A DNA stretch of 64,000 nucleotides. It comes from an uncultured archaeon. Its GTDB lineage: Archaea > Asgardarchaeota > Lokiarchaeia > Sigyniarchaeales > SOKP01. A model generated the notes under the pieces. That model searched no databases and was not told the DNA's origin. It saw only the letters and a program-made list of their open reading frames with translations. Shown one piece after another: positions 8,346 through 18,871 of the stretch. The translations under genes were made by a program, and so were the position numbers. Each line of letters begins with the position of its first letter. Position 1 is the stretch's first letter. The stretch is taken from positions 128,001 to 192,000 of the forward strand of contig CAZALK010000004.1 in NCBI GenBank assembly GCA_964486045.1, given 5' to 3'.

Positions 8346-10814
8346 TTAAAGTTTTTCCATAAAATCAAACAGATCCACCGGTTTAGGATATTTTTTTAAT
8401 ACCTTTTCAGGTTTTTCTGGCTGATCATCATATTTTATTTGAGTTGTCCAGAAGGTTCGAATGCGTTTGATTAGATCTGGAGGCTGTTCAATTCTCCAAT
8501 CGGTCGGAAGAAGGTTTTGATAATAAGGAGTACTAAATCGGTGCCCAATTAACATCACAAATCCACGATCAGTTGATGTCCGGAAAATCCGCCCCCCGGC
8601 CTGAATCACTTTCAACATCCCGGGATTCCGATAGGCATATTCGAAACCTCTTTTCCACTTGAATTCAAAGTATTTTCGCATCAAATCTTGTTCCATTGAA
8701 TAGGCTGGTAATCCAGGTCCAATAATGAAGGCTCCAATTGCCATATCTCCCGTGTAATCCACACCCTCGCTGAAGATTCCTCCATGAACAGCCAATAAAA
8801 GATATTTTTTATTAGGATCCTTGAGTTTTTTTAATAGATTTTTGCGTTTATGCTCGCTCATTTTACGCTCTTGCACTAGGAGTTCAACTGACAGTGAATA
8901 AGTTTCAATCTCGCGCTGAACAGCTTTAAGATATCCAAATGAAGGAAAAAAAGCCAAATAATTTCCATTTTTAACATTTACAGCTTTACAAATTGTAGAG
9001 GCTATTTCATCATATGACTCCATACGGTTTTCATATTTAGTGGAAAGATTAGGTATGAGTAGATAAAGACGATTTTGTTGGGAAAAGGGAGAATTATATT
9101 GTATTTTCTGAGCTGAGGGTGGATAACCTAACATTTTTTGGAAATAATCCAGTGGAAATAAAGTTGCTGATTGCATGATGACTGAATGAAAACCTGCAAT
9201 TTGTTTTTCGAGTTTTAATGCTGCTGATTTGCATAATATTTTGATTTTTCCTTCCTTAATATACAACAATTCGCTATACTCGGGAGAATCACTTTCCTTC
9301 AAGATTGTTGAGAATTGACGCAAATTTAAAGCAAATTCTATGAGTTTATCCTTCCCTCCTGGTTGGATCTTTCGTTGGTAATTAATGGCTTGAATATATT
9401 CTAAAATAAATTGATCATAATCCTTCAGTATTTTTCGGAAAAATTTTTTATCAAATTTCTCTAAAACTGGTTTCTTTGTTACCACATCGGGAAATTGGTT
9501 GATTAAATCTGTAATATAACTGGTAACCTGTTTATAGATGGCAATACCTTTCTTCTCAATAGATTTTGGTATTGCTAGTGATTGCAAATGATCGATAACA
9601 TTAGTGAGAGACTGTAATGTTATTTCTGGAGAATAATAAGTCATCGCTCGGGCAGGTAGATTATGGGCTTCATCGACAATTAATATGATATCCTCATAAG
9701 GTTGGTCAAAAAACCTCTTCAACTTGATGTAGGGATGGAATACATAATTGTAGTCACCGACGATTACATCACAATAGATTGCGCAATCCAGAGAAATTTC
9801 AAAAGGGCAGATGTTATGATTTTTTGCTATTTTTCTGATATACCTAGCATCAATGACTTGTTTAGTGAGCATTTCAGAGACAATCTTGACTAAGGAGATC
9901 TTCCCATAATTTTCAATATAGGAACATAACGATTTCTCACAGACAAAGACACTATTAATGCACATTTTTTCTTTGGCAGTGAGAATAATCGAATTGAACT
10001 TAGCTTTCTTCTTAGTAAACAATCGTAACGTCTCCCGATAGATATGTTGCTGAGTAGTTTTTGAAGTAATAACGAATACACGCTTATTTTTCTTTAAAGT
10101 AAACTTTAACGCGGGAAATAGTGTCCCAATTGTCTTTCCTAAACCTGAGGGGGCTAGTAACATTAATCTACCCCGTTGTTGAAGACATTGATTAGTTTGT
10201 TGGATGATATCTTCTTGATTTGGGCGATATTCCTCAAAGGGAAAGATGAGTGTTTTAGCACGTTTTCTTTGCTCTTTTTTTAATTTTTGTGCCATCTCCC
10301 AAGATTTAAAGATAGTTTCACATTGGTTTTGAATGTATTCTGAAAGATCTTGAGTGGGAACATTGATAATCTTTGTTTTATCGGTGTAAATATCAATTAA
10401 TACAAGATGACACTGAATAGATTTGCCCAAAGTGAGAAAATAATGCCCATACAATAATAACTGTAAACGATATTCTTCTGCAATATTCGATTCTAAAGAA
10501 AAATCTTCAAGGTTTGAGACTGACTTTATTTCTTCAATAATCAAGACTCCTTCCTTTTCATAGACAATATCAGCACGTCCCGAGATGAAGAATTCCCACT
10601 CTTGAATATTTGTTTGAAGTTTTACCAGGACCTCGCGTTGGAAGGATTGTTGAGTTTTTTTTCGTTCCGCTTGGAACTTTTGGTGAGTTTCAGTTCCTTT
10701 TGAGGCTCGAAGACGTAAGGGAATCACTGAGGTAGAAAATCTTCGTTCGGATGAAGCAAAAATAACATCTTTTATTGAAATGCGGAATTCTTTTTGCTCC
10801 TTAATGACTTTCAT
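8346..10814 (-). CDS. XPD/Rad3/DinG-family Fe-S helicase with N-terminal PD-(D/E)xK (Cas4/RecB-like) nuclease domain
   Basis: N-term GTETH..SGRAD..IEEIKS..QLLLY; Q motif YRPNQ, Walker A APSGLGKT, Fe-S Cys (KMC..C..C..CPFE), DEAH, SATL, FSEGVD, QAGGRIFR. Confidence 0.92.
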   Translation of the reverse strand: MKVIKEQKEFRISIKDVIFASSERRFSTSVIPLRLRASKGTETHQKFQAERKKTQQSFQREVLVKLQTNIQEWEFFISGRADIVYEKEGVLIIEEIKSVSNLEDFSLESNIAEEYRLQLLLYGHYFLTLGKSIQCHLVLIDIYTDKTKIINVPTQDLSEYIQNQCETIFKSWEMAQKLKKEQRKRAKTLIFPFEEYRPNQEDIIQQTNQCLQQRGRLMLLAPSGLGKTIGTLFPALKFTLKKNKRVFVITSKTTQQHIYRETLRLFTKKKAKFNSIILTAKEKMCINSVFVCEKSLCSYIENYGKISLVKIVSEMLTKQVIDARYIRKIAKNHNICPFEISLDCAIYCDVIVGDYNYVFHPYIKLKRFFDQPYEDIILIVDEAHNLPARAMTYYSPEITLQSLTNVIDHLQSLAIPKSIEKKGIAIYKQVTSYITDLINQFPDVVTKKPVLEKFDKKFFRKILKDYDQFILEYIQAINYQRKIQPGGKDKLIEFALNLRQFSTILKESDSPEYSELLYIKEGKIKILCKSAALKLEKQIAGFHSVIMQSATLFPLDYFQKMLGYPPSAQKIQYNSPFSQQNRLYLLIPNLSTKYENRMESYDEIASTICKAVNVKNGNYLAFFPSFGYLKAVQREIETYSLSVELLVQERKMSEHKRKNLLKKLKDPNKKYLLLAVHGGIFSEGVDYTGDMAIGAFIIGPGLPAYSMEQDLMRKYFEFKWKRGFEYAYRNPGMLKVIQAGGRIFRTSTDRGFVMLIGHRFSTPYYQNLLPTDWRIEQPPDLIKRIRTFWTTQIKYDDQPEKPEKVLKKYPKPVDLFDFMEKL

Positions 10815-10968
10815 TTTTTAACTCTAGCTCTAAAAAGTCTATCCCTTGTAATATAAAACCTCCCCTCGATGATATTTTAAATTATTAATGAGAAACTAAG
10901 ATAATTTTTGGGTTAAGAATAACAAAACATCATTTTGAATTAACTTTAAAGGTATGTTACTATTTTTT

Positions 10969-11481
10969 TTATGATTGGGAAAGTTTTTTAAGCTTTTCTT
11001 CTACAAGACTATAAACATCTGATGATAAGTACATAATTGAGTTAAGTTTTTTTAAACATTGGTGTGCTTCCTCTAAATCTAAGAAGTTTTGCTCAAGTAA
11101 ATCAACAAGAATTCCTAAAGTTCCTTTAACTTTGATATCCAATTTTCTGGCGAACATTCTCGCTTCTTCATCATCTAGTAAGATAACGTCGACCTCTGAC
11201 TGAAGCGTAAGTAATATCGCATTAATTTCTCCTTGATGTAATTTTGACGATGTTATATTTCGGTTCTCTTTTTCTACTTTTTCCACTTTGATTTTTTCAT
11301 TAATAATAGCTTGTTCAAGAATAATAGCATCAGAATGTCCCTCTTCCTTACCTTTTACCACTATCTCATCATAAACAGATTGTGGAATAAGGATTATATC
11401 ATAAAGTTTGAAAACAAGATCAAGTAATCCAGCTAAGGTTAAATGGATTAAAGGTCCAGAATTACTTACCGCTACTTTCAT
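10969..11481 (-). CDS. DUF3368-family PIN-domain toxin
   Basis: VSNSGPLI, PQSVYDEI, LHQGEINAI, LLDDEEAR, GTLGIL. Confidence 0.9.
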   Translation of the reverse strand: MKVAVSNSGPLIHLTLAGLLDLVFKLYDIILIPQSVYDEIVVKGKEEGHSDAIILEQAIINEKIKVEKVEKENRNITSSKLHQGEINAILLTLQSEVDVILLDDEEARMFARKLDIKVKGTLGILVDLLEQNFLDLEEAHQCLKKLNSIMYLSSDVYSLVEEKLKKLSQS

Positions 11482-11764
11482 CGATTTCACGCTCTATCTC
11501 CTTAGCGGAAAGTGGAAAAGGTACGTTTTCTTCACGTAATAGATTTAGAAAAAAACGATACGATTCACCGCAATATTCGGCAGCTTTCCAAACAGTCCAA
11601 TCCCGCAGTCGAACCTTTTCTAATGCCTCTTTCTTTTTTAACTCTTTAATTCCTAGTTCAATGGCTCTGCGAGCAACGCTGGATTTATCTGTTTTCATCT
11701 TTTTTGCAATGGAATCGAGTTCTTCATCTTCCTTTTCATCAATTCGAACTGATAAAGTCTTCAT
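11462..11764 (-). CDS. UPF0175-family antitoxin (RHH + HTH)
   Basis: KTLSVRID..DKSSVARR; WTVWKAAEYCG; overlaps the toxin start. Confidence 0.88.
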   Translation of the reverse strand: MKTLSVRIDEKEDEELDSIAKKMKTDKSSVARRAIELGIKELKKKEALEKVRLRDWTVWKAAEYCGESYRFFLNLLREENVPFPLSAKEIEREIDESSGK

Positions 11765-11771
11765 CTCTATG

Positions 11772-11799
11772 TATACAATATCCTATATTGTATATAAAT
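11772..11799 (-). promoter_or_regulatory. Perfect 10-bp inverted repeat operator overlapping the TATA box of TA operon 2
   Basis: TATACAATAT-cct-ATATTGTATA (11772-11794); minus-strand TTTATATA about 27-34 nt upstream of ATG 11764. Confidence 0.7.
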
Positions 11800-11956
11800 C
11801 TCCCCTATGAAAATATACAAAAAAAAATCTTATTTTAAATTGCAATAGTAGTGATCAATGGCTTGATGTAGAGCAAATAATAGCTTGTACATAATCTAGG
11901 ATATGTCTTCTATACTTTTTTTTACATGACTTTTACGAAATCCTTTTCTCCTAGAT

Positions 11957-12742
11957 TTATGTCTCATCTTTTTGGCAATTACTACAAAAAAAGCCGTGTC
12001 TTCCTGCAAGCTCGAAGCGTGTAATCTCGGTATCACAAATTGGGCACCGTCCTTCTTTCTTGCGATTAGGAATTAAAAAATTGTCAGGATATGAACTGAA
12101 ATCACCTTGTTTCTCAATCCCCACTTTCAAAATATCTTTTATATTTTTGAATAGTTCTTTTATTTTGCTTTCGCCAAGTGAGTTAATTTTAGCCTTAGGA
12201 TGTATTTTTGAACTGAATAAAATTTCGTCAGAATAAATATTTCCCACACCAGCAATAAAACTTTGATTTAAAAAAGCATTTTTAATAATAGCAGTTCTTT
12301 TATGTACTGCTTCTTTAAATTCTTCAAAGCTCATTTTATATGCATCTAGTCCTAATTTCTTGTTTTTAATAAACTTCTCAATTGTGTCAGCAATATCAAC
12401 CTTTCCAAACATTCTAGTAGAGATATAGGCTAAATTAAAATCGTTATTAAATTGAAATATAACCTTGCTGAATTTTGGGTTATTATCTTTTTTATTAAAA
12501 TATTCTAAATCTCCGGTCATTCCAAAATGCATTACAAGATATTTCGGGTTAAGATATACAAACAGATACTTACCATGTCGAGTTGAGGATTCAAAAGTTT
12601 TACCTTCTAATGACTTTTTAAGATAAGACTTATCAATTTTCAAAATCCTATTATCAGTAACTATTATTTTCCTTATCAACTGTTTTAAGGATGTTTTATC
12701 TAAATATCGCTTGAAGGTTTCTACTTCTGGAAGTTCTGGCAT
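11957..12742 (-). CDS. mutM: Formamidopyrimidine-DNA glycosylase (Fpg/Nei family)
   Basis: N-terminal PELPEVE, RHGKYL, HFGMTG, H2TH GVGNIYSDEIL, C-terminal zinc finger CPIC..CSNCQ. Confidence 0.93.
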   Translation of the reverse strand: MPELPEVETFKRYLDKTSLKQLIRKIIVTDNRILKIDKSYLKKSLEGKTFESSTRHGKYLFVYLNPKYLVMHFGMTGDLEYFNKKDNNPKFSKVIFQFNNDFNLAYISTRMFGKVDIADTIEKFIKNKKLGLDAYKMSFEEFKEAVHKRTAIIKNAFLNQSFIAGVGNIYSDEILFSSKIHPKAKINSLGESKIKELFKNIKDILKVGIEKQGDFSSYPDNFLIPNRKKEGRCPICDTEITRFELAGRHGFFCSNCQKDET

Positions 12743-12919
12743 GATTACAATTATAAGTTTTATCTAACTATTAAAGAATTTTATAATTATTCGATAGATG
12801 CATTAGAGAAACACATTTTTAAACTTCTATCTTGAGTATTTCTGGATTTTAATCAAAAGAGTTTTAAATGAAAATCACCATTAATCTGTTAAATTCATCC
12901 ATAAATAGGTTATTGTTTT

Positions 12920-13891
12920 ATGAAAGTACAAATTGGAAAAATGATATTGTACGGGGTAATGAGTGCGGTTTTTTACATTGCTGTACCCATAATCTTGTTT
13001 GAGGTTCTCGGTGCACTTAACATTATGACGTTTAGCCAAGAGTTTAAACTCTTTATTATAATTTTTGGAATTATTGGTGTGGCTATCTCGATGCTTAGAC
13101 ACTTGTTTCCACCGGATACATCTGCAAATAGGTTAATAGCTTTTGGTGCTACGCTCTACTCTGGGATTTACCTGTTTTATATGTTTGGAGGCTTTACTCC
13201 TGGTGTATCTTATGGTACTTATGCTATCGCTCTCGGACCTATTTCAGCTCGTTTAGGTTTACAATTAATTGCTTGGACTCTACTAGCGTCATCGGGAATA
13301 AGAGCGTTACAGTATCTAGTTGAAGCTATAGAAATCAGCAAACAAAAGGAATACAGCGTGAATGTGAAAAGAAAATTTAAACTCAGTAAACTCTTTAAAG
13401 CGTTTGGAACTATATTGAGTTTAGTCATTGCAGGATACTTTGGGTCATTAATTTATAGCGGAACGCAACTTGGCTTTAAAATCAATCCAGGATTTGCTCC
13501 AGTTCATGATGACGGAGGAACTCCTCTCGATCCAAGCGATGATACTATCGGTATTACGATGGGCTTTAATGTGACCAATAATGGACTATATGCAATTTAT
13601 GATGTTTCTATTGATGTACGCTTCTATACAATTACTTCTGCAAACACTAGCGCGCTACCAGAAGATACTAAAATTGCTGAATCTTTAAGTAATAGTTTTG
13701 GCACATTCCACGCTTTTACAGCAACGCCAAATAATAATGTTACAGTTAATATCGACCCTACTTATGTTGTGGGATTAATAACTACCGATGCTACGTTAGA
13801 ATTCAAAATTTCTTTTTCAACATTATATGCCGGAATACTCGTAAATTTAAATGTATCAATTCTGAACTTAGGTTGGACAGCGCTAATATAA
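12920..13891 (+). CDS. Hypothetical membrane protein (about 5 TM plus beta-rich extracellular domain)
   Basis: Hydrophobic N-terminal half, basic linker, TM, then beta-strand-rich domain (FNVTNNGLYAIYDVSI) with N-x-S/T sequons. Confidence 0.75.
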   Translation: MKVQIGKMILYGVMSAVFYIAVPIILFEVLGALNIMTFSQEFKLFIIIFGIIGVAISMLRHLFPPDTSANRLIAFGATLYSGIYLFYMFGGFTPGVSYGTYAIALGPISARLGLQLIAWTLLASSGIRALQYLVEAIEISKQKEYSVNVKRKFKLSKLFKAFGTILSLVIAGYFGSLIYSGTQLGFKINPGFAPVHDDGGTPLDPSDDTIGITMGFNVTNNGLYAIYDVSIDVRFYTITSANTSALPEDTKIAESLSNSFGTFHAFTATPNNNVTVNIDPTYVVGLITTDATLEFKISFSTLYAGILVNLNVSILNLGWTALI

Positions 13892-14118
13892 ACCAAAAAC
13901 AGATTAAATTTTTTTATTCTTTTTTTTAGTTAATGAATTTTTCGAAATAAACGTTTTAATAAGATATATTTTAAAATATTGTAAAAGATATTAAAGGAAT
14001 TACAATTTATTGGCGAACTGGTGGCCAATTTAATAATTCAAAATGAGTAGATTTAAACTTCATATCTTTTCTTATTTACTTGAATTTAAACAAACTAATT
14101 TTATGTGAGTTGATTTTG

Positions 14119-14574
14119 ATGTATAAAAAAATATTAGTAGGTGTTGATAGGTCAGATCATGCTATGAAAGCAATTAACAAAGCTATAGAGTTACATAAAA
14201 GAGACAATAGTGAAGTTGTTGTATTTCATTCAGTGATCCATAAATTTTCCGATTTTTCACCAGTCATGACTCAAGATATCTATCCTGGCGCAAAAATTAT
14301 TTACGAATTACGCGAAAATCGAGAAAAAGAGGGTCAAGAGCTTTTAGACGAAGTAAAGAATATTTTTGAAAAAGTTAATGTACCTGTTGAAACACTATTG
14401 AAATATGATATCGGCCCTCAATATTATATCGAGAAGCAAGTAGAAAAGGAAGGGTTTGATTTAGTGTTGTTAGGATGTGCTGGTGAACATTCCAAATTTA
14501 GACGGACATTTTTGGGGACGGTACCCGAATATATACTAAATAATGTGAGTTGTAATGTTTTAATAGTTAAGTAA
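14119..14574 (+). CDS. Universal stress protein (UspA family)
   Basis: YKKILVGVDRS, DLVLLG, FLGTVPEYIL..CNVLIVK. Confidence 0.92.
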   Translation: MYKKILVGVDRSDHAMKAINKAIELHKRDNSEVVVFHSVIHKFSDFSPVMTQDIYPGAKIIYELRENREKEGQELLDEVKNIFEKVNVPVETLLKYDIGPQYYIEKQVEKEGFDLVLLGCAGEHSKFRRTFLGTVPEYILNNVSCNVLIVK

Positions 14575-14680
14575 AAATTAATTCTTTTTCTTATCTTTTT
14601 TATACTGTATCTTAGATTAAAAAGGAAGGAAAAATACTAATAAAATTACAATTAAGATTACTTAAATCGTTTTATGGGAA

Positions 14681-15502
14681 TTACTCATCTTTAAAAATAG
14701 GTTCTCTTTTTTCTTGGAGGGATTTAATTGACTCTCTAAAGTTATTCGAGGCAAATGCTTTGCGCATACCTTTATTTTCTAAATCTAAAGTAGAACTAAG
14801 GATATCTATGAAATAAGAATGCATAGTTTGTTTCATTGAATGTATTGCCGAGGTTGGACCTTTTGGTGGAATTAATCGAAGGGCCTGTTGCCTTACGAAT
14901 GGAATTAACTCATCATTAGGGAGAACTTTATTCACCAATCCAAGTTTTTCGGCTTCTTGAGCAGATATTTTATCCCCAAAATAACAGATCTCTTTTGCTT
15001 TCTGAAAACCAACCAAGAGTGGGAGAAGAAATGAGGAGGAAAACTCAGGAATGATTGCTCGTTGGCTGAAATATAATCCCAACCAAGCATCTTCTGCCAT
15101 GTATATTAAATCTGCTCCAACTAAAAGCATTGTATAAGCACCTCCGATAGCTAATCCATTGATGGCGGCAATTATAGGTTTGCTAAATTTGAATAAGCTT
15201 AATGTTGTTTCTTTTTGAGCAAGATCACTCATGTCAATCTCGGATCTTAGATCTTCACTAGCATTTTTTAACGTTTCAGAATCAAAAAAAGCCCCCGAAG
15301 AGAACGCTCGACCGCGTGGGTCTCCTGTAATTATCAATACCTTGGCACTTTTATCTTTTTCCATATCATCTAAAATTGTTCGAATTTCTAAGAACGAGAA
15401 AGCAGAAACAGCGTTACGTTTATCTGGTCTACTAATCATAGCGGTACAAATCCCATTATCTTCTTTCTCATAAATAATACTCTTGATATCGTCTACTTTC
15501 AT
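14681..15502 (-). CDS. Enoyl-CoA hydratase/isomerase (crotonase) family
   Basis: RPDKRNA, AFSSGA, KPIIAAINGLAIGGA, ISAQEAEKLGLVN. Confidence 0.92.
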   Translation of the reverse strand: MKVDDIKSIIYEKEDNGICTAMISRPDKRNAVSAFSFLEIRTILDDMEKDKSAKVLIITGDPRGRAFSSGAFFDSETLKNASEDLRSEIDMSDLAQKETTLSLFKFSKPIIAAINGLAIGGAYTMLLVGADLIYMAEDAWLGLYFSQRAIIPEFSSSFLLPLLVGFQKAKEICYFGDKISAQEAEKLGLVNKVLPNDELIPFVRQQALRLIPPKGPTSAIHSMKQTMHSYFIDILSSTLDLENKGMRKAFASNNFRESIKSLQEKREPIFKDE

Positions 15503-15768
15503 TTTAAATCAAATTTTCATATATTTTATAATAAATTCAATTACAGTTGTCTTCTCATTCTTAATAATTTTCTGGTTTTTTACTTATTAATAAGGACTTG
15601 AATAACAAATCTATTGTAAAACACAAATAAAGATATAATAATAAAAAACTTTCATAACCTAAAATTTAGTTATTATAACAAAAAAAGAAGAGTGCTTTCA
15701 CGCTGGCATTTGGTAGGTAAATGTCTCATACAGATAATAATAAAACTCAAAAATAAGATAAAAAGGAA

Positions 15769-16164
15769 GTGGTTGAACAATTATTCAATTATCTTTCAGG
15801 AACATCAGCCTCCCGTAAAACACTACGTGGTCTTTACACTGGTTTTTCTCTTAGTTCCTTGATCTTTATGATTTCAATCTCAAATAATTTAGCTGTTTAC
15901 CAATCTAATGGTATAGCATTATTATTAATCGTCGCGTTTTACCTATTCATATTCGCCTCAAGTGGCTTTTATAGAGTTGAAGAAAAGGCTCATCGAATTA
16001 TGATTGGTAACAAAAATTTAATCGAAATTTACCAACACCTTTCTGAATTAGATCGAAAAAGCAATAAAGCTGGTAAAATAATATCATTAGGGCAAATAAT
16101 TTTGTTATTTAGCGCTGTCTTTTTTGGATTAACATCTACGTTACCAAATATTTTAGTCATTTGA
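15769..16164 (+). CDS. Hypothetical small membrane protein (3 TM)
   Basis: GTG start after AAGGAA; three hydrophobic segments. Confidence 0.6.
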   Translation: MVEQLFNYLSGTSASRKTLRGLYTGFSLSSLIFMISISNNLAVYQSNGIALLLIVAFYLFIFASSGFYRVEEKAHRIMIGNKNLIEIYQHLSELDRKSNKAGKIISLGQIILLFSAVFFGLTSTLPNILVI

Positions 16165-16298
16165 AGGTTATTTAAAAAGTTAATTTAACAAAATTTGAAG
16201 TCTATCTTTTATCCCCATTTTTAATTAGTACCCAGATTTTTCTTTAATGATTTCTTGAATATTATAACAGATTGTATTAATATTATCGTAAAGATATT

Positions 16299-17144
16299 AT
16301 GAATGAATTTAAAGATAAAATTGCGGTAATCACTGGTGCAGCCAATGGAATTGGACGCGCTGTTGCTGAGAAATTTGCTCAAGAGGGCATGAAAGTTGTG
16401 ATATCTGATATTGAAAAAGAAACATTATCCCAGACAGGAGAAGAATTAAAAAAAATGGGATTTGATGTATTGGAAGTACCTGCAGATGTTTCAAAAATTG
16501 ATGATATCAAAATATTAGCCCAAAAAACACTTGATAATTATGGTGCTGTGCATATTTTGGTTAATAATGCAGGTGTTGGTTTTGCGGGAAAATCCTCAAC
16601 AACAATATGGGAAAGTCCTCTTACTGAATGGCAATGGATTTTAGGAGTAAATCTCTACGGAGTAATTCATGGAATTCATGTTTTTACCCCAATAATGCTT
16701 GAACAAAATTTTGAGTGTTTTATAATTAATACGTGTTCTGTTGCAGGATTAATCCCTCCTCAACCAGGGGCAAGTATCTATAGTATATCAAAACACGCTG
16801 TCGTAGCATTATCCGAGGCTTTACAATCTGATTTAACGCAATTAAAATCTAGAATAAAAGTGTTAGCTCTTTGTCCATGCTTTATATCAACAAAAATTAC
16901 TGAGAGTGAACGAAATCGTCCTAAAGAATTAGATGATGTTAATACCACTAATCCGGAATTAGAACAAACAATGAATCTTTACAAACAAGTAATTGCAAAT
17001 GGTATATCTCCAAATATCGTAGCTGAGGAATTATTCCAAGCCTTAAACGGTGAAAAATTCTATATTCCTACAGACTCTCATGTGTTTATACAAGGATTTG
17101 TAAAGAAAAGAATGGAATTAATCTTAGGGGATATTAAGAAATAA
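16299..17144 (+). CDS. Short-chain dehydrogenase/reductase
   Basis: TGAANGIG, NNAG, YSISK. Confidence 0.93.
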   Translation: MNEFKDKIAVITGAANGIGRAVAEKFAQEGMKVVISDIEKETLSQTGEELKKMGFDVLEVPADVSKIDDIKILAQKTLDNYGAVHILVNNAGVGFAGKSSTTIWESPLTEWQWILGVNLYGVIHGIHVFTPIMLEQNFECFIINTCSVAGLIPPQPGASIYSISKHAVVALSEALQSDLTQLKSRIKVLALCPCFISTKITESERNRPKELDDVNTTNPELEQTMNLYKQVIANGISPNIVAEELFQALNGEKFYIPTDSHVFIQGFVKKRMELILGDIKK

Positions 17145-17194
17145 TTACATTTGAATTGATTTATATTCATTTACATTAAAACCAAAGTTCGATT

Positions 17195-18604
17195 TCATTT
17201 ATTACTACTAATAATCCCAATTCTATCTATTTCTACCTGTTCTACCATATGAGGACTTAATTTGCGAATTGCAATCAAAAAAATCGGGATTAAACACAAT
17301 CCGGTGTATATCGAAATTATAAAGGGGAGGTTATAATCTAAAGTATCCCATAAAACTCCTCCTATTAATGGACCGATTACTCTTCCTAATCGATCAAACC
17401 ACATATTTAAACCAAATATTTTACCCCTATGTTTTATGGAAATTCGACTCATGATTGCTTGTATGAGGTACACGTTTGATTCTAATGCTATATATAAAAA
17501 AATTAGAATGATTGCGAAATCAATTGAGGAAAAAGCACTAATCAACAACCAAATCATTAACGCTTTGAAAATACCAATTATTAGAACGCTTTTAAGTGGA
17601 GAAATATGATCAAATAATTTTCCCAATCTTGATGCCACCAACTGAGAAAGTACCTGAGCAGGAAAATAAACAATCATTACAATTATTGGAACAATTCTCA
17701 CTGAGAAATCGGGTAAGAGAGATTCTATCAAATACGCTGAGATAAATGGTGAATATATTGTTCCAGTCATAGACGTGGCTAAAATTCCCAGAAGAAGAAT
17801 AAAGAAACCAATAAAAAATGCTGTTTGATCCTTTTTCCCGTCAGTTAGCTGTGATTCCATAATTTCATTCTTTTCATTTGCATTAATAGCATTTGCAAGT
17901 CCACTTCTATTGTTTAAATTTGAGCTAGAACCATTTAATGAAGCGATAAACCTCTCGTAAGTTAGATCTTCATCTACTCTCTTATAAAAACGGTACCCTG
18001 CTACTGTATTAATTGTCGCGAATATCAAAAGAGGACTATACATTAATGAAATATTATTAGGCATAAAAATACTAACAGATGCAAAGATGGGAATACTGAT
18101 AAAAGCCCCCATTAAGAATCCGTACCCAATCATCTTTCCCCTTCCTGTTGCTAATGCCTCAGTCCTATTACCTTTGAAAGATTTTTCGGAAATTAATGAA
18201 AAAAATGGAGGCCAGAAAAATCCCACGAGCAAACCTTGAACGAACGTACCTGCTCCAAATAAAACTAAATTTGGTAAAACTAGTGAAATCCAGTATAGAG
18301 AATAAGCTAAAGTTCTACCCATTGAACCAATTAGAACTAATTTCTTTTTTGATGTATGATCTGTTAGATACGCAATTAATGGCATTGAAAAGAGTCTTGC
18401 TAAAGGCTGCAAAGACATAATAATTCCCACATCAACTCCTGTACCTCCAAAGAAATAAATTACAACATAAGATTTTATAAACATGAAGAATATGAAACCC
18501 AATCCGTTCCAAAACGTAATCCGAATCATAGCATTAAAATCTGGAGTCGTTTTAATTGGTTCTGATGATTTTTTGTCTGTTGATTCAGATTTTGATTGAG
18601 ACAA
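17195..18604 (-). CDS. MFS transporter
   Basis: About 12 TM in two halves; motif A-like AYLTDHTSKK; GPLIGG. Confidence 0.85.
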   Translation of the reverse strand: MSQSKSESTDKKSSEPIKTTPDFNAMIRITFWNGLGFIFFMFIKSYVVIYFFGGTGVDVGIIMSLQPLARLFSMPLIAYLTDHTSKKKLVLIGSMGRTLAYSLYWISLVLPNLVLFGAGTFVQGLLVGFFWPPFFSLISEKSFKGNRTEALATGRGKMIGYGFLMGAFISIPIFASVSIFMPNNISLMYSPLLIFATINTVAGYRFYKRVDEDLTYERFIASLNGSSSNLNNRSGLANAINANEKNEIMESQLTDGKKDQTAFFIGFFILLLGILATSMTGTIYSPFISAYLIESLLPDFSVRIVPIIVMIVYFPAQVLSQLVASRLGKLFDHISPLKSVLIIGIFKALMIWLLISAFSSIDFAIILIFLYIALESNVYLIQAIMSRISIKHRGKIFGLNMWFDRLGRVIGPLIGGVLWDTLDYNLPFIISIYTGLCLIPIFLIAIRKLSPHMVEQVEIDRIGIISSNK

Positions 18605-18871
18605 AATTAAGACACAATAGTCAGATTATTTAAATTCCTTATTTAGCTGATAGATAAGAAAGAGATACACATCTTTTAAACTTCAATCTTTAATATTTCT
18701 CTTTTGTTTTGATCTGGAATCAAATCCAAACTTTACATATTATCACGACCTTTAGGTTAATTACAATTCCCTAAATTTTTTCTTCTTTTACTTTATTTCT
18801 TTTGGAACATGGCATTATTTAAGGTTCAGACCTAAAAACCTATAAAGCTACTTAAATTAAAACAATAATCT

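Noticed and set aside
8346-10814. CRISPR-Cas (Cas4 or type IV CasDinG) locus
   Set aside because: No repeat-spacer array or other cas genes in the window, and the nuclease domain lacks the Cas4 Cys cluster
15686-15730. Riboswitch upstream of the small membrane protein
   Set aside because: Only a short GCATTT/AAATGT stem; no recognisable aptamer consensus
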